NCBI GenBank assembly: GCA_002343185.1
Contig: DDRT01000001.1
Span: 27,018 to 91,017, forward strand
Source: Deltaproteobacteria bacterium UBA2409
GTDB lineage: Bacteria; Bdellovibrionota_C; UBA2361; DDRT01
DNA length: 64,000 nucleotides
Reading direction: 5' to 3'
The translations under genes and the position numbers were made by a program. Under the pieces are notes generated by a model. The model did not search any database and was not told the DNA's origin. It saw only the letters and a list, made by a program, of their open reading frames with translations. Shown piece by piece: positions 20,380 to 30,258 of the stretch. Every line of letters begins with the position of its first letter. The first letter of the stretch is position 1.

Positions 20380-20440
20380 GCGGAGTTCTCAGAGTTACAC
20401 AGAGTAATTACTCTGCGATACTCTGAGGCCTCTGTGTTTC
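20380..20440. repeat. REP-like family 2 palindromic element, copy A
   Basis: ctcagagttacacagagta / tactctgcgatactctgag inverted arms between convergent genes. Related copies lie at 46133-46202 and 47457-47515. Confidence 0.65.
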
Positions 20441-20492
20441 AAATTCCATTCGTAAAAAACTTTATAAACTACGAACCTTCCGGCTCGCTCCA

Positions 20493-22829
20493 CTAAAAAT
20501 CCAGATTCTCTAAATACGATTCAGTTGAAGTTGCCTCAACATATGCCTTAGGTTTTGTGCCTTTTTTAAAATACTCAAGTATCGCTCCAGGCTCGCCAGC
20601 ATTTGCCATATACCCAGTAGCTTTGTTGACCCAATATGGCTCTACCCCTTCAGGTACTCGAAACTCGCTTGGAGTAATCGGCGGTGGAGAGTCATACTCT
20701 ATACCAAGCCTTTCTGCTTCTTCCTTAGCTTCCCTTGCTAGCACTTCGTAACGTCTTTTTTCCTGATACTCAATGAAAGGCTTCATAAAATTTAACCAGA
20801 TTGGAGCTGAAATGCGTCCCCCTGTTTCTTTTGATCCAATCTTCTTTTTCTGATCGAACCCGACCCAAACCCCTGCAACCCAGTCAGGGGTAAACCCAAC
20901 AAACCAGGTATCCATGAAATCATTAGTTGTACCAGTTTTCCCAGCAGCTGGCCTTTCAAGTGCTTTAACAGAAGTTGCTGTTCCGCTTTGCACAACTCCT
21001 TGCATCATATGAGACATGATGAACGCGCTTTCTGGTGAGATAACCTGCTTAGCCTTTGTGATATTTTCCTGAGTGAATATTACATTCCCATTTCGATCTA
21101 TTATTTTCGAAATAAAGTTGCTGGGGAAAAGAACTCCTTCAGCAGGAAATACTCCGTAAGCTCTTGTAAGTTCAAGCACTGTTACTTCGCTACTACCAAG
21201 AGAAATAGATAAATTTCTTCCAAGAGGTGACTCAATTCCTAAGAGTGATGCATATTTAATTACAGGAGTTAGTCCAATTCTTGTTACCACATCCACCGAG
21301 ACAAGGTTTCTTGATTTCTCAAGTGCAACTCTCAAGGTTATGTTACCCATGAAAGTTTCATCGAAATTTCCAGGAGTCCAAACTGTATCTCCAACAGTGA
21401 ATGTTCTAGGTGAGTCATTCACAATAGTTGATGCGCTGTAGTTAAAACCATCTACTGCAGCAAGGTAAACAATAGGTTTAAATGCTGAGCCTGGCTGTCT
21501 AAGAGCTTGCGTAACTCTATTAAACTGGTTTCTTTGGTAGCTGTAACCCCCTTGAACCGCTACTACATCACCGGTTTTTGGATTTATAATGACGGAAGCC
21601 CCCTCTATCTCAGGACTTTGCTCAAGGGTTAGTTTCGGGACTTCACCATCTTCGATTAACCCGCACTCTATTATGTCACCAACCTTAAACTGCTTTCCTC
21701 GAATCCAGTTTGTTTTACTAAGATCCAAAACTCCTGTTTTAGTTCCTAGATCAATAGTCAGGTTGTTTTTTGAAACTCCGGCTACCATTCCATAAAAAAC
21801 ATCAGATTTTAGGTTTGTAGGGTATTTTTCGAGAAACTCTTTTCTGTTTTTTATAGAGTCGATAGGTCCCCTATAGCCTCTTCTTTTATCAACATCTCTA
21901 AGACCCTTTCTTAGAGCAGCCTGAACATACTTCTGTGCCGTTAAATCTAAGGGAGTATGAATTTCTAGCCCATCACCATCGATATCTAAATCTCTAAACT
22001 GTTCCTGAAGAACCCTTCTCACTTCCGCCAGATAATAGGGAGCCTCAAAAAAATTCTGTAAGGATGCCTGATGAACTTTTATTTCTTGATCATAGGCTCT
22101 ATCTCCCTCTTCTTTAGTTATAAAACCAGCTTGTGTCATCTGATCTAAGACGTATCTTTGACGCTGCTTTGCTCTTGGCATATTAGAAATAGGGGAGAAC
22201 CTGCTTGGTGCCTTTGGAAGACCTGCTAAAAGTGCTGCCTCAGCTAGAGTTATATCCTTGAGGGGTTTTTTGTAATAGATCTCGCATGCTGCTTTTATTC
22301 CGTAAGCAGTATTTCCGAAAAAGATTTGATTTAAGTACATCCCTAAGATCTCATCTTTTGTAAGACGCTTTTCGATTCGGTAAGAAAGAATTGCTTCTTT
22401 AATTTTTCTTGTGATTTTTTTTTCAGAAGTTAAAAGCAAATTCTTTACAACCTGCTGAGTGATTGTTGAACCACCTTGAGTAGCCTCACCGGCCTGAATG
22501 TTTTTTATGAATGCTCGAAAAATACTAAGAGGATCAAGACCTGGATGAGAGTAAAAACTTGCGTCTTCAGCTGCAATGAAGGCCTGCCTAACAACAAGTG
22601 GAACTTCTTCTATCCGGACAGGGTATCGCCTCTCTCTAAAAAACTCTCCAATTACAGATCCATCTGCTGCAAAAACTTTTGAAACAGCCTGTGGCTTATA
22701 CTCATCCGATGTTAGAAGTGGAGGGAGATCTCGTGTGATATAAAAGTACCCCCAAACAGCGAAAGCTCCGCCGATAAGGAATCCTACTAATCCTAGACCG
22801 ACAAAAAACAGGGCAGCTTTTCTTAGCAC
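20493..22829 (-). CDS. mrcA: Class A penicillin-binding protein (PBP1A, transglycosylase/transpeptidase)
   Basis: GT51 motifs EDASFYSHPG and GGSTITQQ. Transpeptidase motifs SAFKP, SRN and KTGTT. Confidence 0.9.
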   Translation of the reverse strand: MLRKAALFFVGLGLVGFLIGGAFAVWGYFYITRDLPPLLTSDEYKPQAVSKVFAADGSVIGEFFRERRYPVRIEEVPLVVRQAFIAAEDASFYSHPGLDPLSIFRAFIKNIQAGEATQGGSTITQQVVKNLLLTSEKKITRKIKEAILSYRIEKRLTKDEILGMYLNQIFFGNTAYGIKAACEIYYKKPLKDITLAEAALLAGLPKAPSRFSPISNMPRAKQRQRYVLDQMTQAGFITKEEGDRAYDQEIKVHQASLQNFFEAPYYLAEVRRVLQEQFRDLDIDGDGLEIHTPLDLTAQKYVQAALRKGLRDVDKRRGYRGPIDSIKNRKEFLEKYPTNLKSDVFYGMVAGVSKNNLTIDLGTKTGVLDLSKTNWIRGKQFKVGDIIECGLIEDGEVPKLTLEQSPEIEGASVIINPKTGDVVAVQGGYSYQRNQFNRVTQALRQPGSAFKPIVYLAAVDGFNYSASTIVNDSPRTFTVGDTVWTPGNFDETFMGNITLRVALEKSRNLVSVDVVTRIGLTPVIKYASLLGIESPLGRNLSISLGSSEVTVLELTRAYGVFPAEGVLFPSNFISKIIDRNGNVIFTQENITKAKQVISPESAFIMSHMMQGVVQSGTATSVKALERPAAGKTGTTNDFMDTWFVGFTPDWVAGVWVGFDQKKKIGSKETGGRISAPIWLNFMKPFIEYQEKRRYEVLAREAKEEAERLGIEYDSPPPITPSEFRVPEGVEPYWVNKATGYMANAGEPGAILEYFKKGTKPKAYVEATSTESYLENLDF

Positions 22830-22849
22830 ACCTCAATATCCCATAAAGC

Positions 22850-24028
22850 TCACTTAGCTGGAAGAAGCTGCTCTAACCTTGGAGTTATCCTCTTATAAGA
22901 GTCTTCACTGATGATAAAAAGCTCATCACCAGACTTAGCCATCCTTCCTTTATCATGAAAGCGACCTATTTCAAGTATCTTCTGTGAGTCGTCATTAAGT
23001 ACCAAAGTAAACTTGAGTTCATCGGTTGGGGCGCTAGATGAGGGAAAGTCAGCTGCACTAAGCTCAGACAAACTGTTTAGATACTCATTTATAAAGGTTG
23101 TATCCCCTTCTTTGCCATTAACGGTAAATCCATTTTCAGTTTTCTCAATTAAAACTGAGTGGCTTCCAGAAACTTCAAGTCTTTTCACTAAAGATGAGGC
23201 AAAAGTGAAAAGTTCTTTCTCTCTAAATTCCTTAACTGGCTTAAAAATTCTATCAGTTGGGTTTGGTTTTGTTTTAGCAATGAACTTATAGTCAGAAACT
23301 GAAAAATAGACAGGCTCATCACCTGATTTTGATACTGCCTCGTCTACCTTTTTAATTTTTATAATTGATTTACTGTCATCATTTTTAACAAGTTCTATTT
23401 CTAAGTCTGGATCATTAATTTCCATATCGAAGATAATCTCATCTGCTGATAAGTCTCTAATCTCAGATAAGACCTCTCTGACTGCGCTTTCAGATGCTTT
23501 TGCAGAAACTGGCTCCGTTAGTCTCCAATTATCTACTTTTGCAAGAACTACGCCTTCTGAACCTTTTTTAAGGGTAAAACTCTTAAGATCCCCAGGAAAA
23601 GCTTTAATAAGTTTTTTTTCTCTAAAATCATCAAATTTTTTATCTAGACTCTTTGAGATAAAATTAGGAACGAGATAGATCTTGTCATCATACCTTAAAT
23701 AAGTTTTCGAGAGATATTCATTCTCTTTTCCAAAAGTCAGATCTTTCTCGTCAATTTTAGCTCTAAGACTAACTGGCTCAGGAAGGGTTATCCCTTCAAG
23801 TGGATCTTCAAAATCAATACTTTCTACTGTTGAAATAACAGCACCAGCGGTGGACTGATTTACTGGTATTTCCGGGGATGATTCAAACTTCCAAACACTT
23901 CCATCTTTAACGAGAGAGATGTCATTAATTGAAAGTTTATTCTCAACTTTAACTTCTACTTTAGGAGAATATTCAAGATAAGCAAACAGAGCTGCCGCTA
24001 TAATAGCAACTATCAGTATTCGCTTCAT
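22850..24028 (-). CDS. DUF4340-like protein associated with the GldG-type ABC system
   Basis: N-terminal TM. Sits immediately downstream of the gldG-like gene with an ATGA overlap. The ATG at 24028 is preceded by GGAGGAGGAG. Confidence 0.55.
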   Translation of the reverse strand: MKRILIVAIIAAALFAYLEYSPKVEVKVENKLSINDISLVKDGSVWKFESSPEIPVNQSTAGAVISTVESIDFEDPLEGITLPEPVSLRAKIDEKDLTFGKENEYLSKTYLRYDDKIYLVPNFISKSLDKKFDDFREKKLIKAFPGDLKSFTLKKGSEGVVLAKVDNWRLTEPVSAKASESAVREVLSEIRDLSADEIIFDMEINDPDLEIELVKNDDSKSIIKIKKVDEAVSKSGDEPVYFSVSDYKFIAKTKPNPTDRIFKPVKEFREKELFTFASSLVKRLEVSGSHSVLIEKTENGFTVNGKEGDTTFINEYLNSLSELSAADFPSSSAPTDELKFTLVLNDDSQKILEIGRFHDKGRMAKSGDELFIISEDSYKRITPRLEQLLPAK

Positions 24029-25554
24029 GCACTTCTCCTCCTCCACCAGATAAATAATCCGAGAAGTAATATTATTTCAGGAACTAAGAGTGCAGATCTT
24101 AGGATCCCTAAAAATGCTTCTTTTGCAACTGGTTCAGTTGATTTTCTAAGCTCCTTTGGTCTTATGGTTAATCCACCCTCTACTCCACCAAGCCAGTTTA
24201 CAACATTCAAGAGAAGATCTTTATTTGAATAAACTGAGAATCGTTGATTGGTAGCAACGGTAGATCCTCCAAAAACTACAACTCTCGAAGTCTTCTGATC
24301 TAATTTCTTCTCGTAAGCAACTGCCACACTTACTGGCCCAGGGGTGTCTTCTGCTCCCTTCTCTGCTGTTGGTTCATTTTGATTGAACAATGCATCAAGA
24401 TTTGTTTCTCCCCATGCTGCATCACCAGTTTTTGCCAACTCGGTATACACCGACTCCTTATCCTTTTGCTCATACCCAACAGAGCTGGTCATATGAAGAA
24501 TAGAAATAGTTCCTTCATTAAAATATTTCGTTATTGGATGAGGAGCATAAGACCTAATAACTGGCTCAACACCTAAAGCAGGGCCTGCAAAAAGTCTTTG
24601 AACCTGATCTAACACGAGATCATTTCTAATCGTAATTCCAAAATGTGCTGCAAGCCTTACTGCTTCAGAGCTACTTCTTGAATTACCAAAAATTAACAAT
24701 CTTCCACCTTTTTCTACGTAGTCTTTAAGAGCAGTAAATTCTGCTTCAGGCAAACTCTTAGTTGGAGAAACAAGCACTACAAGACTTGCATCTTCAGGAA
24801 CTTTTCCGGTTTCGGCTAAAAAAAGCGATGAAACTAAAAACTGCTCATCTGAGAGGCTAGTGCTAAAATCCTTAAGCCCTTCTGGAGAAGCGTCGTTGAT
24901 ATCAGGCTCGCCGTGACCAACGATGAAATAAACTCTTCTTGCCTCAACTTCAACTAATTTTTTAATTGCATTTGTAATTGATTGTTCTGAGGTTTCAGCA
25001 AGCTGGCTTGTTTTATTTTCTCCGTATGAGAGAAGAATCAGATTTCCTTTGTTAAAGCCATAAGCTTCAACGAGATGAGGTTTTGTTTCTGGATTGATTA
25101 CCTCAAAAGAAACCATATCAGGGTTAGATCTTCTGTAAAGCCCTAAAAGCTTTTCTATGTCTCCTTGCATTTTTATAGCTACAATCTTTAGTGGCGCTTT
25201 TAGATTCTGCATTACACTTTCAGATTGCTCTGAAAGGCTAAAGGCCTTTTCTTCCGTAAGATCCCATCTTAGATCGTGTCTAAGGGCTACAAGATTTATC
25301 GCTACAAGAAGAGCTAAAAAGACTGCTATATATATAGTCGCGCCAAAACTAAATCTTGTTACTCTTCCAACCTCTTCTCTTTTTAAAAGTGACTTAATAC
25401 CAAACTTTGAGAACCAGAATATTATCGCTAAAGCGCCAAAGACTAGATTTAATAGTGGAATAAATAAGAGCTCTCTTGTCCACTCGACAATGAATCCGCC
25501 AAGAATACCAAAAAGAAAAAGAATGACTCCTGCTAAGCCTAAGAATCTAATCAT
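24025..25554 (-). CDS. GldG-like ABC transport accessory protein
   Basis: 509 aa with N- and C-terminal TM segments around a large periplasmic domain. Gene order is ATPase, ABC-2 permease, GldG-like, DUF4340. Confidence 0.65.
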   Translation of the reverse strand: MIRFLGLAGVILFLFGILGGFIVEWTRELLFIPLLNLVFGALAIIFWFSKFGIKSLLKREEVGRVTRFSFGATIYIAVFLALLVAINLVALRHDLRWDLTEEKAFSLSEQSESVMQNLKAPLKIVAIKMQGDIEKLLGLYRRSNPDMVSFEVINPETKPHLVEAYGFNKGNLILLSYGENKTSQLAETSEQSITNAIKKLVEVEARRVYFIVGHGEPDINDASPEGLKDFSTSLSDEQFLVSSLFLAETGKVPEDASLVVLVSPTKSLPEAEFTALKDYVEKGGRLLIFGNSRSSSEAVRLAAHFGITIRNDLVLDQVQRLFAGPALGVEPVIRSYAPHPITKYFNEGTISILHMTSSVGYEQKDKESVYTELAKTGDAAWGETNLDALFNQNEPTAEKGAEDTPGPVSVAVAYEKKLDQKTSRVVVFGGSTVATNQRFSVYSNKDLLLNVVNWLGGVEGGLTIRPKELRKSTEPVAKEAFLGILRSALLVPEIILLLGLFIWWRRRSA

Positions 25555-26315
25555 CTGTACCTCTCAAGCTCTACTGATCTAAAAGATAGAAATAAGCCAA
25601 GTGAAATTAAACTAAGAAAATAGATGATGCTTTTAAGAGAGATTACTCCTTTCATCATCTCATCAGACTGATCAATTGGGGATATATATCTTAGAGTCTC
25701 ACCGAGCACCCCTCCCACATTTTCTGCTGGCGCAGAGATCACATAAAATAATAATAAAGTTACTAGTCCAGCTGTACCGGCAACGACCTGATTTTCCGCA
25801 AATGAAGCTACTGCCATTGCAACTGCTCCAAATCCTAAAGCCAAAAGAGAGATTCCTAAAAACCCACTAAAAATCGGTGGAATCTCAGGATTCGCATAAA
25901 AAATCAAAAAACTAGGAAAAGTTGAAACTAAAATCACCATAATTAGCAGCGTTGCAGCTAAACCTAAAAACTTCCCTAATACAATTGAAAATACTGAAAC
26001 GGGTGATGTTATCAATAGCTCGAAAGTTCCATTACGTTTCTCCTCAGCAAATAGCCTCATCGTTAAAAGTGGCACCAAAAAAACAAGAACTAGACTCAAT
26101 GTCCTATAATACGCCTCAACTATCTGATTTAAACTGATCGATTGCACTCCACCCATCATTTGCTGAGAGCGAAATAGATAGGTATTAAACTCGGCTAAAT
26201 ACCAAAAGAAAAAGTATCCACCTAAAAGTAAAAATCCTGTTATAGCAAGATATGCTATAGGCGATACAAAGTAAGAGAGAATCTCTCTTCTTGCTATTGC
26301 TAAAACCCCTTTCAT
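25551..26315 (-). CDS. ABC-2 type permease (GldF-like)
   Basis: 254 aa and about 6 TM. Overlaps both neighbouring genes. Confidence 0.7.
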   Translation of the reverse strand: MKGVLAIARREILSYFVSPIAYLAITGFLLLGGYFFFWYLAEFNTYLFRSQQMMGGVQSISLNQIVEAYYRTLSLVLVFLVPLLTMRLFAEEKRNGTFELLITSPVSVFSIVLGKFLGLAATLLIMVILVSTFPSFLIFYANPEIPPIFSGFLGISLLALGFGAVAMAVASFAENQVVAGTAGLVTLLLFYVISAPAENVGGVLGETLRYISPIDQSDEMMKGVISLKSIIYFLSLISLGLFLSFRSVELERYR

Positions 26316-27013
26316 ACATCACCTCTTAATGACTCTAAAAAGGTCTCTTCAAGGCTTTTTTCAAGTTCAGTTAATTTTTTCTCAACAACAGTTTTGCCTT
26401 TGTTGATAATCACAACTTTATCACAAACCATAGAAACCTCTGGTAGTATATGTGTGCTTAAAACAACGACTTTCCCCTTACCTAGAGACTTTATCAATTC
26501 TCTTATCTCTATAATCTGCTTTGGATCGAGACCACTTGTTGGCTCATCTAAGATTACAACTTCTGGATCATGAATAATGGCCTGAGCAATTCCTACTCTT
26601 TGTTTAAATCCTTTTGATAGATATCCACAAAGCTTATTTGTAACTTCCTCAAGGAAACATTTTCCAATCGCTCTTTCTACAGCTTCTTTAACATCTTTTA
26701 CCCCTTTTAGCCTTGCAACAAAGGAAAGGTATTCCTTAACTGTAAGCTCTGGATAAAGGGGCGGAGTCTCTGGGAGATATCCAATTAATTTTCTAACCTC
26801 GTCCCCTTTAGTTCTTACGCTAAATCCTCCAACCGTTATATCTCCTGAGGATGGCGGAAGATAGGTTACCATCATTCTGAGCGTTGAAGTCTTTCCTGCT
26901 CCATTTGGCCCTAAAAAGCCTACTATCTCACCTTGATTAGCTGTAAAGCTAACGTCTGAGACTGCATAGAAGTCTCCATAGCGCTTTGCTACGTTATTAA
27001 CGGAAAGTTTCAT
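26312..27013 (-). CDS. ABC transporter ATP-binding protein (GldA-like)
   Basis: Walker A GPNGAGKTS, signature LSKGFKQR, Walker B VVILDEPTSGLD. Confidence 0.9.
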   Translation of the reverse strand: MKLSVNNVAKRYGDFYAVSDVSFTANQGEIVGFLGPNGAGKTSTLRMMVTYLPPSSGDITVGGFSVRTKGDEVRKLIGYLPETPPLYPELTVKEYLSFVARLKGVKDVKEAVERAIGKCFLEEVTNKLCGYLSKGFKQRVGIAQAIIHDPEVVILDEPTSGLDPKQIIEIRELIKSLGKGKVVVLSTHILPEVSMVCDKVVIINKGKTVVEKKLTELEKSLEETFLESLRGDV

Positions 27014-27075
27014 AGTTCATTCTTTGCCAAATTATTCAGATTACGGCAAGGGTTTCAAGGAATTAACTGTATTAG

Positions 27076-28128
27076 TCAGCTAATCTTTCTAATTTTACTC
27101 ACTGCCCAAAATAAAGCAGTGAACAAAACTACTACAATCGCTCCCATCCCTTGATGGGTAACTCCTAAAACAATATTTACCCCAGTAAGTAGAGTTGCTA
27201 CCCCTAGGGAAAATTGCACTATGATTGAGGCAGAAAATAGTAGAATTAAAACCTTGATAAATCTTGGTGAGTCGGTTTTTAGGTAATACCAGCAAAAAGC
27301 AACTAATAGCAGTAACCATCCGAATATACGGTGAATAAACTGAACAGCAATTGGATTGGAAGTTAAATTTTTAAGGATCCCATCAAATATAAAAAGATCT
27401 GGTGGAATTAAAAAACCACTCATGAGGGGAAAAGAATTGTACATATATCCAGCTTTTAGTCCTGCTGTAAACGCGCCCCATAAAAATTGAAAAATTAAAA
27501 GTATGAGGGTGAAAATTCCGAAGTAAAAAAGATTATAAGCTTTTCTTAGTGAGATCTCGCTTTTTAGAGCTTCAATCTTATCTCTAAAAAGTAGCTCAAA
27601 AATATGCCACACAATTATCGATAGTAAAATTAGAGCTAAGCTTAAATGAGCTGCAAGTCTTAGGTGACTAACTCTTGGAATATCCACAAGACCGCTTTTC
27701 ACCATATACCAGCCCATAAAGCCCTGAACTCCGCAAAGAAGAACAAGTAAAGAGTATTTTAGTATCTCAGCTCTTGTGAGCCATCTAGAAAATACTAACA
27801 AAGGGAGTAAGAGTGCTATTCCAACAAGTCGACCCATTATTCTATGTAAATATTCCCAGAAGAAAATAAATTTAAAATAATCGAGACTCATCCCCTTATT
27901 CTGAAGTTTATACTGAGGACTCTCTCGGTACTGATCAAAAAGCCCTAACCAATCTTCTTCTGAAAGTGGTGGCAATATTCCTGCAACAGGCTGCCATTCT
28001 ACAATTGAAAGCCCTGAGCCAGTTAGGCGTGTTATTCCCCCAACTAGTACTGTCATAAATACTAAAAATGCGCAGACAGAGAGCCAAAGAACCTTTAATT
28101 TTTTCTCATAGTCTTGATTAATCAACAT
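27076..28128 (-). CDS. ctaA: Heme A synthase (COX15/CtaA family)
   Basis: 350 aa and about 8 TM, with conserved His-containing helices (YLHRIMGR, AAHLSLA, FIHRIFG, THQGMGA). Confidence 0.75.
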   Translation of the reverse strand: MLINQDYEKKLKVLWLSVCAFLVFMTVLVGGITRLTGSGLSIVEWQPVAGILPPLSEEDWLGLFDQYRESPQYKLQNKGMSLDYFKFIFFWEYLHRIMGRLVGIALLLPLLVFSRWLTRAEILKYSLLVLLCGVQGFMGWYMVKSGLVDIPRVSHLRLAAHLSLALILLSIIVWHIFELLFRDKIEALKSEISLRKAYNLFYFGIFTLILLIFQFLWGAFTAGLKAGYMYNSFPLMSGFLIPPDLFIFDGILKNLTSNPIAVQFIHRIFGWLLLLVAFCWYYLKTDSPRFIKVLILLFSASIIVQFSLGVATLLTGVNIVLGVTHQGMGAIVVVLFTALFWAVSKIRKIS

Positions 28129-28217
28129 TTTGCATAACCTTTGATAAACTTAAAGGGTATATGTTGTACTGAAAAGTATCCAACTGCAAATCTAGTTCCT
28201 GGTAGAGTTAGACAATC

Positions 28218-28285
28218 TTTAACAAATTACTTCCAGATATTTTTTTAGCTTTGAGTTGTTAGAGATTGGGAGGGCTGGCACCAAC
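28218..28285 (-). repeat. Fossil copy of the vapC 3' end (direct repeat of 29835-29902)
   Basis: 28218-28267 equals 29835-29884 with 1 mismatch in 50 bp. Similarity resumes at gctggcaccaa / gctgccaccaa. The offset is 1617 bp. Confidence 0.85.
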
Positions 28286-28423
28286 CTTCATATTCTCTCA
28301 TCAAAAATTTACTCACCCTCAAGCTAATCTACGAACAGGGTAACTCCAAATAGCTACGGCCTACTATATAAAAAAATACTACTACTAGGCCAAGCCAACA
28401 TATAGTACTATGAGCCTAGTATT

Positions 28424-29821
28424 ATGAAAAAAAACACTAGTAGGCTTGTAGGTAGAGAGAAGGAAATAGGCTTTCTAAGTGATATAGCAGCACTTTCTGA
28501 GAGCTCCATAATCGTAGTTTATGGAAGGAGAAGGGTAGGTAAAACAACACTAATTGAACATGTCTTTAAAAATAGAGGCCTACTAAAAATCGAGGGAATA
28601 GAAGGAGGTCGTGAATCGGATCAGTTAAAACAGGCTATCTCTCAACTTATCCCTCAATTGAAAAAGTATCCGGTATCTTATTGGAATCCACAAAGTTTTA
28701 CTGATCTATTCAGGTTACTAGAACCTATCGTCTCAAAAGGTGAGTGGACTCTATTCTTAGAGGAATACCAGTGGCTCTCTTCATATCAATCCTCACTCAC
28801 TGGTGAGCTAAAAATAGCCTGGGATAATTGGTTTCGAAAAAACAACAGGTTCAAACTAATACTATGCGGCTCTTCTCCCTCATTTATGGTGAGTAGGGTT
28901 CTTATGTCCCGTGCACTTCACAACAGATCTCAACACGAGCTCCTTTTAAAACCTATGAGTTTTAATGAGGCAAAACATATTCTACCTGATGACAAAGACA
29001 GTTTCTCTAGCTATCTGCTACTCGGAGGAGTGCCAGAATATCTTAAGCGTATTAAAAAACCGTGGATTAAGTCATTCTATGATCAGGCTTTTAGTGGTAA
29101 TGGATTTTTTCTTGATGAATTTAATAGGATACTAGTTAGCTCGTTGTCTACTAATCCGAACTACAAAAAAATATTGCTCTTTCTATCTAAAGCTGGCTAC
29201 GCGGAACGCACAGAGATCGCTAATTATTTAAAGATCAAAGCTGGTGGCTCACTGAGCGATCTGCTCGAAGATCTTGAGATGTCAGGCTTTATTCGAAGCT
29301 ATATTCCGGTTGACAAAAAGGATAGCTCGATACTGAAGAGGTATAAAATATCAGATTTTTTTCTTAAAACTTACTTCAAGTTTATTCACCCAGAATATGC
29401 TAGGATCAAACAAGGAGTATCTACACCTCCTACTTTAGACCAAATATATGCACACTTAGGGTATGCGTTCGAAGAATATTGTCTTCAAAACCAGCGGAGA
29501 ATAGCAACGCTCTTGGGGTTTTCGGGGGTTAAATATACAAGTGGCTCTTACTTTTTTAGGGGAAGTAAAAGCTACCAACTTGACTTAGTATTTGTTAGAG
29601 CTGATGGTGTTCACACCATTTGTGAAATCAAGTACTCAGATATCCTATCATCAAAGTCGATTGCTAACTTCAACAGAGCTATTGCTATTTATAAAGAGAA
29701 AAATCCTGCTGCCAGTGTGGAAAGAATCCTAATTTGTAAAAGTTCAGTTAAAAAGCCGAGCTCCATTCAATTTGAGTTTGATAAGGTAATAACCTTGGAG
29801 GAATTAATTAAAAGGGAATGA
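28424..29821 (+). CDS. AAA-type ATPase of the archaeal-ATPase/DUF234 family
   Basis: LVGREKEI...VVYGRRRVGKTTL Walker A, LFLEEYQW Walker B-like, and a C-terminal DUF234-like region. Confidence 0.75.
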   Translation: MKKNTSRLVGREKEIGFLSDIAALSESSIIVVYGRRRVGKTTLIEHVFKNRGLLKIEGIEGGRESDQLKQAISQLIPQLKKYPVSYWNPQSFTDLFRLLEPIVSKGEWTLFLEEYQWLSSYQSSLTGELKIAWDNWFRKNNRFKLILCGSSPSFMVSRVLMSRALHNRSQHELLLKPMSFNEAKHILPDDKDSFSSYLLLGGVPEYLKRIKKPWIKSFYDQAFSGNGFFLDEFNRILVSSLSTNPNYKKILLFLSKAGYAERTEIANYLKIKAGGSLSDLLEDLEMSGFIRSYIPVDKKDSSILKRYKISDFFLKTYFKFIHPEYARIKQGVSTPPTLDQIYAHLGYAFEEYCLQNQRRIATLLGFSGVKYTSGSYFFRGSKSYQLDLVFVRADGVHTICEIKYSDILSSKSIANFNRAIAIYKEKNPAASVERILICKSSVKKPSSIQFEFDKVITLEELIKRE

Positions 29822-29835
29822 GTGGGCACATTATT

Positions 29836-30258
29836 TTAACCAATTACTTCCAGATATTTTTTTAGCTTTGAGTTGTTAGAGATTCTCTTTGCTGCCACCA
29901 AATCAGCTGTAAGCCATTTTGCGTTTAGAATCAGGGCAGTTTGTAAATAAATTGAGTCGAAAACTGAGAGGTTATTTTTACAGGCAATACTACAGGAGTC
30001 TACCAAATGTTTTCCCTGAATAGGAACGGTTGGTATTCCTAAGCTGTAGATAGATTCGATCGCCTTTTTCGTAAATATCTCGTCATTGGAGGACTTTCTA
30101 GAAATTACAGCGGCAGCTTCTGGATAGAAAAGCTCAGGAACCGCAAATCTAGATGGGTCTAATGTAAGCAGGTTTAGTTGCTCAATGCTTTCCTTATGTA
30201 AATTTTCGTTTGTAAAAAACCATTTAATTGCAACAGATGCATCTAATACGTATGTCAT
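29836..30258 (-). CDS. vapC: PIN-domain toxin (VapC-like)
   Basis: 140 aa. N-terminal YVLDASVAIKW with the acidic Asp, later FDSIYLQTA. Typical PIN length. Confidence 0.75.
   Translation of the reverse strand: MTYVLDASVAIKWFFTNENLHKESIEQLNLLTLDPSRFAVPELFYPEAAAVISRKSSNDEIFTKKAIESIYSLGIPTVPIQGKHLVDSCSIACKNNLSVFDSIYLQTALILNAKWLTADLVAAKRISNNSKLKKYLEVIG

Noticed and set aside
20462-20492. tRNA-like 3' end (..cgaaccttccggctcgctcca..) as a possible integration site
   Set aside because: No T-loop consensus or acceptor pairing could be built. The sequence is a short imperfect hairpin (cgaacc-ttcc-ggctcg) just past the PBP1A stop.
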